Source of the DNA: Candidatus Egerieisoma sp.
GTDB lineage: Bacteria > Bacteroidota > Bacteroidia > Bacteroidales > UBA932
Length of the DNA: 64,000 bases
Reading direction: 5' to 3'
NCBI GenBank assembly: GCA_045592425.1
Contig: JAZNUT010000018.1
Span: 5,108 to 69,107 of the forward strand
Positions 1-11,100 of the stretch are shown here, one piece after another. Numbering within the stretch: the stretch's first letter is position 1; every line of letters begins with the position of its first letter. A model generated the notes under the pieces. It ran no database searches and had not been told where the DNA came from. It saw nothing but the letters and a program-made list of their open reading frames with translations. Both the position numbers and the translations under genes were made by a program.

Positions 1-126
1 CTCAGGAGCTGTTCTTGTAAACTCAAGACTCTCCACCTGAATACTCTTCTGCAAATACAGAGTGGATATTCTGTTAAGGACATCAAGTCTGTCCTTTCCT
101 TCTGCTCTAACTGTAAACTTTTCCAT
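1..126 (-). CDS. ilvN: acetolactate synthase small (regulatory) subunit, N-terminal fragment running off the window
   Basis: Own translation from ATG at 126 (minus strand): MEKFTVRAEGKDRLDVLNRISTLYLQKSIQVESLEFTRTAPE. The pattern is ACT-domain-like. It starts 3 nt after the ilvB stop and is truncated by the window edge, so it is absent from the ORF track. Confidence 0.45.
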   Translation of the reverse strand, partial: MEKFTVRAEGKDRLDVLNRISTLYLQKSIQVESLEFTRTAPE

Positions 127-129
127 ATC

Positions 130-1833
130 TTATTCAAAAATTATATCATTCAATGTTTTACCTGCAGGAATCATCGGGAATACATTCTCCTGCTCTATCA
201 TAGCTGCCTCAAGGAAGAAAGGTCCGTTGTGCTGCATCATCTGCTCTACCGCCCCTTTCAGCTCCTCTGCCTTCTCAACTCTGGCGTATTTGATACCGTA
301 TGCTGCAGAGAGGGTTTTAAAATCAGGATTGACAAGGTGGGTAAATGAGTATCTTCTGTCAAAGAACAGCTCCTGCCACTGTCTTACCATTCCCAAATAT
401 GAGTTGTTCATAAGAACTATCTTTACTGGAATACCGGTATGAAGAATAGTACCAAGCTCCTGTATGTTCATCTGAAGACCGCCATCGCCGGAGAAGAGAA
501 CCACATCACACTCCGGATTGCCGGCTTTGGCACCAATTGCTGCAGGAAGGCCGAATCCCATTGTTCCAAGGCCACCGGATGTCACCCATCCCCTTGTTGC
601 ACTCAATTTTGCATATCTTGCTGCAAACATCTGATTCTGACCCACATCTGTAACAATCACTTTTGGATTCTCCCCTACAGATGTAACAGCATTTACCACC
701 TGTGCCATTGTAAGTGTATCTGAGTTAAGCTGCGGTCCCATCACATTCTCAAGCTCAAAAGCTCTCTTATCCTTATAAAGCTGGAACCACTCATCCCTCT
801 CCTTATATACAAGCTTGCTGCACAAAGCATCAAGGAATACCTTTGCATCACTCTGAACAGCCAGATGAGCCTTAACATTCTTGTCAAACTCTGCCATATC
901 AATATCCACGTGGATAATCTTGGCTTTAGGGGCATAACCTTTTACCTCTCCGGTAACCCTGTCAGAAAAACGCATTCCAATTGCAAGAATCACATCCGCA
1001 TTCTGGGTCATCACATTAGGGGCGACATTTCCATGCATTCCCACCATTCCCACAAAATTAGGGTCATGCTGCTCAATCGCACTCATACCAAGGAGGGTAA
1101 CCGCTACTGGAATATTAGCCTTATCCGCACACTCTTTCAATTTCTCACATCCTCCCGATATAATTACGCCATGCCCTGCAATAATAAGAGGCCTCTGTGC
1201 ATTGTTAAGGTCATTGGCAGCCTCATCAACTTTATCCAGCAATTTAGTCTCCGCCACAAATATCTCTTTGCCCAAAAGCTTCACAGCCTCCTCCTTATTA
1301 TAGCAGTAATCCATCATCTCCACCTGTGCATTTCTGGTAAGGCTTATAAGTACCGGACCAGGTCTGCCACTCTGGGCAATATGGAATGCCTGAGCCATAA
1401 CTGTAGGAATCTCACTTGCTTTGGATATCTGATAGCTCCATTTTGTAATTGGAATGGTAATTCCAATCATATCAGCCTCCTGAAAGAAATTTGTTCCCAA
1501 TTTGTCTGCATTAACCTGTGCAGTAATACAAACAACAGGGGTGGAATCCATCATGGCATCTGCAATACCTGTAATGAAGTTAGTTGCACCAGGGCCCGCT
1601 GTAGCCATACACACACCCACTTTACCTGTACTCCTTGCATAACCCTCAGCAGCGTGTACAGCACCCTGCTCATGTCTTACAAGAACATGATTCAATTTAC
1701 CCATATAATCGTACAACTTGTCATACACAGGCATAATTGTACCGCCAGGATATCCAAATATCGTATCTATTCCTTCATCCAGAAATGTATTCATAAGAGC
1801 CTCAGCTCCCGTCATTCTCTTAGTTTCCATCAT
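130..1833 (-). CDS. ilvB: acetolactate synthase large subunit (ThDP-dependent)
   Basis: 570-aa ORF with typical ALS N-terminus (GAEALMNTFLDEGIDTIFGYPGG) and ThDP motif (GDGGLQMNIQELGT). The track start at 1842 is TTG, so ATG at 1833/1830 is preferred. Confidence 0.92.
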   Translation of the reverse strand: MMETKRMTGAEALMNTFLDEGIDTIFGYPGGTIMPVYDKLYDYMGKLNHVLVRHEQGAVHAAEGYARSTGKVGVCMATAGPGATNFITGIADAMMDSTPVVCITAQVNADKLGTNFFQEADMIGITIPITKWSYQISKASEIPTVMAQAFHIAQSGRPGPVLISLTRNAQVEMMDYCYNKEEAVKLLGKEIFVAETKLLDKVDEAANDLNNAQRPLIIAGHGVIISGGCEKLKECADKANIPVAVTLLGMSAIEQHDPNFVGMVGMHGNVAPNVMTQNADVILAIGMRFSDRVTGEVKGYAPKAKIIHVDIDMAEFDKNVKAHLAVQSDAKVFLDALCSKLVYKERDEWFQLYKDKRAFELENVMGPQLNSDTLTMAQVVNAVTSVGENPKVIVTDVGQNQMFAARYAKLSATRGWVTSGGLGTMGFGLPAAIGAKAGNPECDVVLFSGDGGLQMNIQELGTILHTGIPVKIVLMNNSYLGMVRQWQELFFDRRYSFTHLVNPDFKTLSAAYGIKYARVEKAEELKGAVEQMMQHNGPFFLEAAMIEQENVFPMIPAGKTLNDIIFE

Positions 1834-1842
1834 CTGTCTCAA

Positions 1843-3630
1843 TTACTCAATAACTCTAACGCCACCTATATCTGCACTACCTGCAAGGGAAGCATACGCT
1901 TTAAGTGCCTTGCTCACTTTTCTCTCCCTCTGTTTTGGTTTGTAGCCCCCTTCCTGTTCAAGTTTTTCTCTTCTGATCTCAAGCTCCTTCTCAGAAAGTT
2001 CCACATCTATTTTTCTTGCAGGGATATCAATTAAAATAGTGTCTCCATCCTCTATAAATGCTATAGGCCCTTTATTTGCAGCCTCAGGAGAGACATGACC
2101 AATTGAAAGACCGCTTGTTCCACCTGAGAATCGGCCGTCGGTAATCAGGGCGCAATCCTTATCCAGCTTCATGCTTTTGAGGAAAGAGGTTGGATAAAGC
2201 ATCTCCTGCATTCCAGGGCCACCCTTAGGACCCTCATATCTTATCACAACCACATCACCTTTCTTAACCTTTCCTCCAAGAATACCGTTTACCGCATCCT
2301 CCTGACTCTCAAACACTACTGCAGTACCTTTGAACTTAAGGATATTCTCAGCTACACCCGCAGTCTTTACTATACACCCTTTAGGAGCAATGTTTCCGTA
2401 AAGAACTGCCAGACCACCATCTTTTGAGTATGCATTCTCAAGGCTCCTTATACAACCATTCTGTCTGTCTGTATCAAGTTCTTTATACAAACTCTCATTC
2501 TCTCCAAGTTTGACTGTACGTACTCCACAAGGGGCAGAAGCGCAAAGAGCTGAATTGTCTGCTGCCAACGCACTCTCCAATGTATGATAATCCACACGGG
2601 CAACATCTGTTTTGAGAAGGCCACCTTTAGCAAGCTCCCTCATAATTCCCATAATGCCGCCAGCCCTGTTCACATCCTGGATATGGTAGCTGCTGTTAGG
2701 GGCTACCTTACACAATACAGGAACCTCTTTAGAGAGTCTGTCAATATCTTTCATTGTAAAACCAACACCTGCCTCATGTGCAATTGCAAGAAGATGCAAT
2801 ACGGTGTTTGTAGAACCGCCCATAGCAATATCAAGCTTCATTGCATTCTCAAATGCATCTTTTGTTGCTATAGATCGGGGAAGGACAGATTCATTATTTT
2901 TGAAATAATACTCATTTGCCAATTCAACTATAAGCTGAGCACCTTTACGGAAAAGCTCCTTTCTGTTTGCATGAGTTGCAAGCACTGTACCGTTGCCAAC
3001 CTGTGCAAGTCCCAATGCTTCTGTAAGGCAGTTCATGGAATTTGCAGTAAACATACCTGAGCAACATCCGCATGTAGGACACCCAAACTCCTCATACTCT
3101 TTCAAATCCTCATCTGTAACATCCGGTGCCGCACCTTTTACCATAATATCCACAAGGTCGCAATCTGTACCTTTAACCTTTCCTGCCTCCATAGGACCTC
3201 CGGATACAAAAACAGCCGGAATATTGAGTCTCATGGCTGCCATAAGCATACCTGGGGTAATTTTATCACAATTTGAAATACAGATCATGGCATCCGCACA
3301 ATGTGCATTGCACATATACTCAACGCTATCTGCTATAATCTCTCTTGATGGCAAAGAATAAAGCATGCCGTCATGCCCCATTGCAATACCGTCATCAATT
3401 GCTATGGTATTGAACTCTGCGGCAAAACAACCTGCCTTTTCTATCTCACTCTTAACAAATTGACCAATCTCATGAAGATGTACATGACCGGGAACAAACT
3501 GTGTAAAAGAGTTCACTACAGCTATCACCGGCTTGCCAAACTGCTCCCTTTTCATCCCGTTTGCTCTCCAAAGGGCTCTGGCACCCGCCATCTTTCTTCC
3601 TTCTAAAGTTTTATTGCTTCTAAGCTCCAT
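1843..3630 (-). CDS. ilvD: dihydroxy-acid dehydratase
   Basis: 595-aa ORF with IlvD hallmarks ([36 protein letters not shown]). Its stop abuts the ilvB start. Confidence 0.93.
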   Translation of the reverse strand: MELRSNKTLEGRKMAGARALWRANGMKREQFGKPVIAVVNSFTQFVPGHVHLHEIGQFVKSEIEKAGCFAAEFNTIAIDDGIAMGHDGMLYSLPSREIIADSVEYMCNAHCADAMICISNCDKITPGMLMAAMRLNIPAVFVSGGPMEAGKVKGTDCDLVDIMVKGAAPDVTDEDLKEYEEFGCPTCGCCSGMFTANSMNCLTEALGLAQVGNGTVLATHANRKELFRKGAQLIVELANEYYFKNNESVLPRSIATKDAFENAMKLDIAMGGSTNTVLHLLAIAHEAGVGFTMKDIDRLSKEVPVLCKVAPNSSYHIQDVNRAGGIMGIMRELAKGGLLKTDVARVDYHTLESALAADNSALCASAPCGVRTVKLGENESLYKELDTDRQNGCIRSLENAYSKDGGLAVLYGNIAPKGCIVKTAGVAENILKFKGTAVVFESQEDAVNGILGGKVKKGDVVVIRYEGPKGGPGMQEMLYPTSFLKSMKLDKDCALITDGRFSGGTSGLSIGHVSPEAANKGPIAFIEDGDTILIDIPARKIDVELSEKELEIRREKLEQEGGYKPKQRERKVSKALKAYASLAGSADIGGVRVIE

Positions 3631-3651
3631 TTTGCTTACAGTTTATAATCC

Positions 3652-3696
3652 AAATAAAAAAACCTGCTTAAATGTAAAATCCATTAAGCAGGTTTT
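3652..3696 (-). terminator. rho-independent hairpin between leader ORF and ilvD (attenuator/terminator)
   Basis: Minus-sense AAAACCTGCTTAA-12 nt loop-TTAAGCAGGTTTT followed by TTTATTT. It lies 21 nt upstream of the ilvD ATG and 28 nt downstream of the leader stop. Confidence 0.7.
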
Positions 3697-3724
3697 AATT
3701 TATTACTTAAAGGATTCTATACCA

Positions 3725-3814
3725 TTACGGAATGATAATAATCACGGACACCACAATAATAATAGCAATAGACTGCAAAATGCTGCCTATCAGGCTAATT
3801 CGTCTAATTGACAT
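3725..3814 (-). CDS. 29-codon Ile/Val-rich leader peptide of the ilv operon (candidate)
   Basis: Own translation: MSIRRISLIGSILQSIAIIIVVSVIIIIP*. It has 12 Ile, 3 Val and 2 Leu in 29 residues. It is too short for the ORF track and sits directly upstream of the hairpin and ilvD. Confidence 0.55.
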   Translation of the reverse strand: MSIRRISLIGSILQSIAIIIVVSVIIIIP

Positions 3815-3877
3815 ACTATTGAGGTTAGTGTTTTCCATAGATATAAAATCTGTTGTTTATTCTTTAACGAACGGATG

Positions 3878-3885
3878 CAAAGCTA
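3878..3885 (-). promoter_or_regulatory. possible Bacteroidetes -7 promoter box (TAGCTTTG) for the ilv leader
   Basis: Matches TAnnTTTG on the minus strand, about 64 nt upstream of the leader ATG. Confidence 0.25.
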
Positions 3886-3945
3886 TAAAACTTTTTGATA
3901 TGTTGTTCTATAAAATTAAAATATTTTTAAAAAAGTTACAATTTG

Positions 3946-5607
3946 TTACATACTACGTGCAAAGATGGTCCAAAGCTCTGCCTTCAAGTCCTCCCAAGTC
4001 TTTGCTGTAGATGATGCATATTTCTGAGTATAATCATTCAGAACCTTTGTAGCCTCCTCTTTTTTACCCTCTTTAAGAAGCTGTGCAACCTCCTTCTCAA
4101 TAAGGGCATTCTCCCTCATCATCTGTTTCTCATAATTTGCAACCTGCTCCTCAAGCAAATGTCTGGTTTTGCCCCAGCTGATGGTTGCAATTCTGTTTGT
4201 CTCCCTGTAAGACCAGATAGCAGCATCCTCACGGTATCTGTGCTGGCCACACACGCCCCAATCTTTAGGCAATTTGGTTACACCTGCATAAATAGGTATT
4301 CTTGGACTCTGTGCAGGATTGTCAAATGAAAAATATGCAACACCACCAATCTCATCAGGCAACCAGTCACGACACTGCATTATGTGTGAGTATGAGCACT
4401 GGATAACAGCAATGGTTCTGATTCTCTCTGTCACGCCAGGTTTGATGTGGTTAAGAAGATCTCTCATATCACCAGGCATAAAGGTAGAAACAGGCTGAGC
4501 CATCTCTTTGTAGAATACGGTCTCACCATTCTCCACTTTCTTTCTGCTCACCTCCACATTAAGATTTTTCACCTGGTCAAACTCAGTACCCTCATAAGTC
4601 TCCCTATAAAATGCGAACATATCCTCTGGAGATACTTTCTTCTCAGGTTTTACAGAGAAAGGAATCTCATCCGCATCATATTTCAAGTTCAAAGATGGCG
4701 CAAGAGTGCTTAGAACCCAATACTCTCTCACAGAGAAAGGTTTTTTGCCGTCATGTACAACTTTCCAGAAAACATAGTCACCCTCTCCGTCCCAATAACC
4801 TATGGCTTTGGAGCGCTCTCTTAGGTTTGTTCCATACATGAAGTTGTCGGGATCATTAAAATCAATCTTTCCAATTCTTGGGATATTGGCAGAAACACCC
4901 ACATGGTCATCAGGAATCCTCTGTGCTGCCCAAAGTGCGCCAGGTTTATCTACAGGTGCTTTCTTTGATTTCTTTGCCTTAGGGTTTTCAGGCAGCTTGC
5001 CGCTACCGTAAATCTCAAAGTGCCAAACCTCATTTTTATCTGCAACTGTAAGACACTCGCCTCCATCTGCATATCCATACTCCTCAGCCAATGCTCCCAT
5101 AAGTGCAATAGCCTCCCTTGCAGTTGAACATCTCTCAAGAGCAATTCTCTCAAGCTCCTCAATCATAAACAAACCGTCATTTCTTCTTAGTTCCTTTCTG
5201 CCTACAGTTGTAGTCTCACCAATAGCAAGCTGTTTCTCATTCATACAAGGGTATGCAACATTAAGGAATCTGTTTGTTGGAACTGTTGGAGCAGGAATCT
5301 CACCCTTTTTCTCCACATTGCGCATATCATCTCTCTCCTCATTGTGCAAAAGGCCCCAATAAATTGCCTGCAACTCGCCAGGTTTGAAAGTCTTGCTCTC
5401 CTCCATAGAGAGCCATGTACGGTAATTTGAGTCACAAGAGTGTGCAGTCATTACAGAACCGTCAGAACTTGCTTTCTTGCCCACCATGATGGATGTACAG
5501 CTCTCAGCAAAATTCTCATCATCAGGATGCCAGCCATAACTCTGGGCAACCATTACTCCCGACAGCAACAAACCGGCAGCTGCAAGGAACATTCTTTTAA
5601 TCTCCAT
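3946..5607 (-). CDS. secreted peptidase family C69 dipeptidase
   Basis: Signal peptide MEIKRMFLAAAGLLLSGVMVAQS followed by the C69-type N-terminal nucleophile context (ESCTSIMVGKKASSDGSVMTAHSCD). The track start at 5697 is GTG, so ATG at 5607 is preferred. Confidence 0.8.
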   Translation of the reverse strand: MEIKRMFLAAAGLLLSGVMVAQSYGWHPDDENFAESCTSIMVGKKASSDGSVMTAHSCDSNYRTWLSMEESKTFKPGELQAIYWGLLHNEERDDMRNVEKKGEIPAPTVPTNRFLNVAYPCMNEKQLAIGETTTVGRKELRRNDGLFMIEELERIALERCSTAREAIALMGALAEEYGYADGGECLTVADKNEVWHFEIYGSGKLPENPKAKKSKKAPVDKPGALWAAQRIPDDHVGVSANIPRIGKIDFNDPDNFMYGTNLRERSKAIGYWDGEGDYVFWKVVHDGKKPFSVREYWVLSTLAPSLNLKYDADEIPFSVKPEKKVSPEDMFAFYRETYEGTEFDQVKNLNVEVSRKKVENGETVFYKEMAQPVSTFMPGDMRDLLNHIKPGVTERIRTIAVIQCSYSHIMQCRDWLPDEIGGVAYFSFDNPAQSPRIPIYAGVTKLPKDWGVCGQHRYREDAAIWSYRETNRIATISWGKTRHLLEEQVANYEKQMMRENALIEKEVAQLLKEGKKEEATKVLNDYTQKYASSTAKTWEDLKAELWTIFARSM

Positions 5608-5697
5608 AGTTTTAATATTGTTAAGTGTTATAAATTCAGTAACAGTAGCCACAAATATAAAAATTATTCTTAAATTGGCGAGATAAAGCTGTAACAC

Positions 5698-7041
5698 ATG
5701 AAAAATTCATTAAAAACAATACTTGTTGCAACATTTGCACTCCTCTTTGGGACAATATTATACGGAAAGGAAGAGATACAGAAAAACCTCTATGTAATAA
5801 AATTGCATAAAGAGATAGACAAGTCCTCTGCAAGGATGCTCACAGATGCTCTCAAAGGGGCACAGGAACAAGGGGCAGACTACTGCATCCTCAACCTTAA
5901 CACCTATGGGGGAGCTCTGGATGCAGCAGACTCCATAAGGACAGCAATATTGCGCTCCCCTATCCCTGTTGTAGCTTTTATAAACAACCAGGCAGCCTCT
6001 GCCGGAGCCCTTATCTCCATTGCCTGCGACTCAATCTACATGAGCAGCGGAAGTTCCATTGGGGCAGCCACTGTAGTGGATCAGAGCGGAAATGTTCTTC
6101 CCGACAAATACCAGTCATTCATGAGGGCAATGATGCGTTCCACAGCAGAATGCCACCCGAAGAGGGACCCTGAGCTTGCCCAGGCAATGGTGAGTGCAGA
6201 CAGCGTTCTCAGCTTCACCCCTGCAGAGGCCATAGCCAACAACTATTGCGAGGGGATGGCAGAAAACATGGATCAGGTTGCAAAACACCTTGTGGGAGAA
6301 ATGGGACAATATACCATTACGGAGCATAAGATTTCCACACTTGATAAAATTATCTACTTCTTCCTTAACCCTGTTATACAGGGGCTCCTACTGATGCTCA
6401 TCATTGGAGGCATCTACTTTGAACTCCAGAGCCCTGGGATAGGATTCCCTCTGATAGCGGCAATTGTGGGAGTGGTGCTTTATTTTACACCTTTATATAT
6501 TGAAGGATTGGTCCAAAACTGGGAAATAGTGCTGTTCTTTGTTGGAATCATACTTCTACTGCTGGAGATTTTTGCAATACCGGGGTTTGGTGTGGCTGGA
6601 ATCAGCGGATTTATCCTTATCATTGTAACCCTTGCATTTGCAATGATAGACAACGATATAGTATTTGAAACCGGCGGATGGAACCTCAAACCGCTTGTAA
6701 AACCGTTTGCAATTGTGCTTGTCTCCACCACAAGCATGCTGCTTATATCCATATACCTCGCATCAAAACTTTACCCTACAAAAATGTTTTCACACATTTC
6801 ACTGAAAACAGACCTTTCGTCGGGAAAAGAAGGGTTTGTTGGGGTTGAAAAAGAGGGGTTGGACGCTCTTGTGGGGAAAGAGGGTGTTGTAACAAATGAC
6901 CTGAAGCCCCAGGGGTATGTGGAGGTGGATGGAAAAATTTATCAGGCTTCCATACAAACCGGTTATGCCGGGCGTGGAGAAATTGTAAAAATTTTCCGTC
7001 ACGAAGGGGGCCGATTATATTGCAAAAAAGATTTAAAATAG
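5698..7041 (+). CDS. NfeD-family membrane-bound ClpP-class serine protease
   Basis: ClpP-like N-domain (NTYGGALDAADSI, NNQAASAGALISIACD), a central polytopic TM block and a C-terminal NfeD OB domain. Confidence 0.8.
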   Translation: MKNSLKTILVATFALLFGTILYGKEEIQKNLYVIKLHKEIDKSSARMLTDALKGAQEQGADYCILNLNTYGGALDAADSIRTAILRSPIPVVAFINNQAASAGALISIACDSIYMSSGSSIGAATVVDQSGNVLPDKYQSFMRAMMRSTAECHPKRDPELAQAMVSADSVLSFTPAEAIANNYCEGMAENMDQVAKHLVGEMGQYTITEHKISTLDKIIYFFLNPVIQGLLLMLIIGGIYFELQSPGIGFPLIAAIVGVVLYFTPLYIEGLVQNWEIVLFFVGIILLLLEIFAIPGFGVAGISGFILIIVTLAFAMIDNDIVFETGGWNLKPLVKPFAIVLVSTTSMLLISIYLASKLYPTKMFSHISLKTDLSSGKEGFVGVEKEGLDALVGKEGVVTNDLKPQGYVEVDGKIYQASIQTGYAGRGEIVKIFRHEGGRLYCKKDLK

Positions 7042-7084
7042 GTAACTTTGTCCGATTTTGTTAAACCCATACATATATATACAA

Positions 7085-8143
7085 ATGCAGTCAATTAGAA
7101 AAGCAAAACTAGTGTTGGAAAACGGCCTTGAATTTCAGGGATTTTCCTTTGGCTATGATCAGCCTGCATGTGGTGAGGTTGTTTTCAGCACCGCTATGGT
7201 CGGGTATCCCGAGTCTCTTACAGACCCTTCATACTCCGGTCAGATTCTTTGTGTAACTTATCCTATCATAGGTAACTACGGAGTTCCTGCAGATGAACTT
7301 GAAAACGGTATTTCAAAATATTTTGAGTCAGATAAAATCCAGGTTAAAGCATTGGTAATATCTGACTATTCTTTTAAATACAGCCACTGGAACGCTGCAA
7401 AAAGTTTGGACCAATGGTTAAAGGAGAACCAGATTCCAGGCATTTTTGGTATAGACACAAGAGAGCTTACTAAAATTATCAGAGACAATGGCTCAATGAT
7501 GGGTAAGATTGTCCTTGAGGACTGCAATGCAGAACTTTCATGTGTAAACCCTAATGTGATTAACCTTGTGGACGAAGTAAGCTGCAAAGAGGTTATAAAA
7601 TATAATGAGGGTAAAGGAAAAAGGGTTGTCCTTTTGGATTGCGGAGTAAAGACCAGCATTCTCAGAACTCTAATCAACAAAGATATTGAGATTGTAAGAG
7701 TTCCATGGAACTACAATTTCAACCAGATGGAGTACGACGGACTTATCATCTCAAACGGTCCTGGCAATCCGGATTTCTGCACAGATGCTGTGGAGAACAT
7801 TAAGGTTGCAATGGACAAATGCAAGCCAATTTTTGGAATCTGTATGGGAAACCAGCTCCTTGGCAAGGCTGCAGGAGCACAAACAGTAAAATTGAAGTTC
7901 GGTCACAGAAGCCAGAACCAGCCGGTTAGAAAAACAGGTACCACAACCTGCTACATTACTACCCAGAATCACGGCTACGCTTTGGATACAACCACCTTGG
8001 GTGCTGACTGGGAGCCTATGTTCGAGAATCTCAATGACGGCAGCAATGAGGGTATCAGACACAAGAGCAAGCCGTTCTTCTCTATACAGTTCCAGCCGGA
8101 CGGTGTAGAGTTCCTATTTGACGAATTCATTAAAATGTTGTAA
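7085..8143 (+). CDS. carA: carbamoyl-phosphate synthase small subunit with non-canonical amidotransferase active site
   Basis: CarA N-domain (GEVVFSTAMVGYPESLTDPSYSGQI) and GATase domain (GICMGNQLL). The expected ...HPE... motif reads FSIQFQPD. The track start at 7058 is TTG, so ATG at 7085 is used. Confidence 0.85.
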   Translation: MQSIRKAKLVLENGLEFQGFSFGYDQPACGEVVFSTAMVGYPESLTDPSYSGQILCVTYPIIGNYGVPADELENGISKYFESDKIQVKALVISDYSFKYSHWNAAKSLDQWLKENQIPGIFGIDTRELTKIIRDNGSMMGKIVLEDCNAELSCVNPNVINLVDEVSCKEVIKYNEGKGKRVVLLDCGVKTSILRTLINKDIEIVRVPWNYNFNQMEYDGLIISNGPGNPDFCTDAVENIKVAMDKCKPIFGICMGNQLLGKAAGAQTVKLKFGHRSQNQPVRKTGTTTCYITTQNHGYALDTTTLGADWEPMFENLNDGSNEGIRHKSKPFFSIQFQPDGVEFLFDEFIKML

Positions 8144-8149
8144 TATACA

Positions 8150-11100
8150 ATGGAGAAAATTAGCAAAGTACTACTTCTAGGTTCCGGTGCACTTAAAATT
8201 GGTGAGGCCGGTGAGTTTGATTATTCCGGTTCACAGGCTATCAAGGCCATGAAGGACGAGGGAATAGAGACAATCCTTATAAATCCTAATATTGCAACAG
8301 TACAGACATCAGAGGGTGTTGCAGACAAAATATATTACCTTCCTGTCACCCCTTACTTTGTGGAGCAGGTTATCAAGAAAGAGAAGCCTCAGGGTATCCT
8401 TCTTGCATTTGGCGGCCAGACTGCACTTAACTGTGGAGTTGAGCTCTACAGGACAGGTATCCTTGAAAAATACAATCTTCAGGTTCTTGGCACCCCTGTA
8501 CAGGCTATCATGGATACTGAGGACCGTGAGCTTTTCAACAAAAAACTCGATGAGATTGATGTCAAAACCATCAAGAGCCACGCTGTAGAGAACTTGGAAG
8601 ATGCAGTTGCTGCAGCAAAAGAGCTTGGTTATCCTGTAATTATCCGTGCAGCTTATGCTTTGGGAGGTTTGGGTTCAGGTTTCTGCAACAATGAGGAGGA
8701 GTTGGTAAAACTTGCCGAGAAATCATTCACTTTCTCACCACAAGTTTTGGTGGAGAAATCTCTAAAAGGTTGGAAAGAGATTGAGTTTGAAGTTGTAAGG
8801 GACAAATATGACAACTGCGTTACAGTATGTAACATGGAGAACTTCGACCCTCTTGGAATCCACACCGGAGAGAGTATTGTGGTTGCCCCTTGTCAGACCC
8901 TTACAAACTCAGAGTTGCATAAACTTAGAGATATTGCAATTAGAATCGTAAGACATATTGGTATTGTAGGTGAGTGTAACGTACAGTACGCATTTGATAC
9001 TGAGAGTGAGGATTACAGGGTAATTGAGATCAATGCCCGTTTGAGCCGTTCTTCTGCATTGGCATCAAAAGCTACAGGTTATCCTTTGGCATTTGTAGCA
9101 GCAAAGATTGGCTTGGGTTACGGTTTGTTTGAGCTCAAGAACTCTGCAAACGGTCTTACCCCTGCATTTATGGAGCCTTCTTGCGACTACATAGTATGTA
9201 AGATGCCACGTTGGGACCTTTCAAAATTCCAGGGTGTGAGCCGTGAGATTGGTTCTTCAATGAAGAGTGTTGGTGAGATTATGTCTATTGGCCGTACTTT
9301 TGAGGAGGTTATCCAGAAAGGTATCCGTATGATAGGACAAGGTGCCCACGGCTTTGTCGCAAACAAGGAGATTGTTGTAAATGACATTGACAAAGCACTT
9401 CGCCAACCTACCGACAACCGTATTTTTGTAATATCAAAAGCATTCAATGCCGGCTATACAGTTGAGCAGATCCACGAGCTTACAAAAATTGACAAATGGT
9501 TCTTGGACAAGCTATACAATATCATTATCACCGGTAAAGAGCTTATGGCTCTAAACAGCACCGAGGAGTTGGGCTACGACCTTATGAAAAAGGCAAAACG
9601 CCAGGGATTCTCAGATTTCCAGATTGCAAGACTTGTTCTAAAGGAGCTTACAGCACAGGATTCCGACCTTGGTAGTGCAACTATAAGAAAATACAGGAAA
9701 TCATTGGGCATCCTTCCTGTTGTAAAACAGATAGATACCCTTGCCGGTGAGTATCCTGCAAAAATCAACTACCTGTACTTGTCATATAGCGGAGACAAAC
9801 ACGACATTGAGTTTGCAGATGACAAGAAATCAATTATTGTGCTTGGTTCTGGTGCATATAGGATTGGTAGTTCCGTTGAGTTTGACTGGTGTAGCGTAAA
9901 CGCCCTTACTACAATCCAGAAATGCGGTTGGAGAGGTGTAATGATAAACTACAACCCTGAAACAGTATCTACAGACTACGACATGTGTGACAGGCTCTAC
10001 TTTGATGAGCTTACATATGAGCGTGTTATGGATATCCACGATTTGGAGAATCCTCACGGTATGGTAGTATCTGTAGGTGGACAGATTCCTAACAACCTTG
10101 CACTTAAACTCGATGCCAACGGTGTAAACATCCTTGGTACCCAGGCTAAATATATAGACAACGCAGAGGACAGACACAAATTCTCATCTATGCTGGATAC
10201 CCTTGAGATAGACCAGCCTAAGTGGAAAGAGCTTTCTACAATGTCTGATGTTTACGAGTTTGTAGATAAAGTTGGTTTCCCTGTTCTTGTAAGACCATCT
10301 TATGTACTTTCGGGTGCAGCAATGAACGTATGTTCAAATAAGGTTGAGCTTGAGCAGTTCCTTAACCTTGCTGCAAACGTTTCAAAGAAGCATCCTGTTG
10401 TTGTAAGTGAGTTCATCCAGAACGCTAAGGAGATTGAGTTTGACGCAGTTGCAGACAAAGGTGAGGTTATTGCCTATGCTATCTCAGAGCACATTGAGTT
10501 TGCAGGTGTCCACTCGGGAGATGCAACTATCCAGTTCCCTCCTCAGAAACTATATATTGAAACAGCCCGCAGAATAAAGAAGATTGCCCGTAAGATTGCT
10601 CAGGCTCTTCAGATTACAGGTCCTTTCAATATCCAGTTCCTTGCAAAAGAGAATGCCATTAAGGTTATTGAGTGTAACCTTAGAGCATCAAGAAGTTTCC
10701 CATTTGTATCCAAAGTACTTAAGATAAACTTCATTGAACTTGCAGCAAAAGCTATGATCGGCCAGCCGTACGAGATTCCTAACAAGAGTGCGTTTGACTT
10801 GGATTACGTAGGTATCAAAGCTTCACAGTTCTCATTTGCCCGTTTGCTTAAAGCAGACCCTGTCCTTGGTGTGGATATGGCTTCTACAGGTGAGGTAGGC
10901 TGTTTGGGTGATGACACCAACGAGGCTATCCTCAAATCCATGCTTTCTGTAGGCTACAAGATTCCTCAGAAGAACATACTTCTTTCTACAGGAGATGCAA
11001 GACAAAAGGCAGAGCTTCTTTCAGCTGCCAAAATGCTTGCAGACAAAGGTTACAGTTTGTTTGCAACCGGCGGTTCATGGAAATATCTTGTAGAGAACAA

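Noticed and set aside
865-2034. 389-aa ORF on the plus strand
   Set aside because: It is entirely antisense to ilvB/ilvD. The peptide is a low-complexity Cys/His/Ile-rich mirror translation with no recognisable motif, while the opposite strand carries strong ALS and IlvD signatures.
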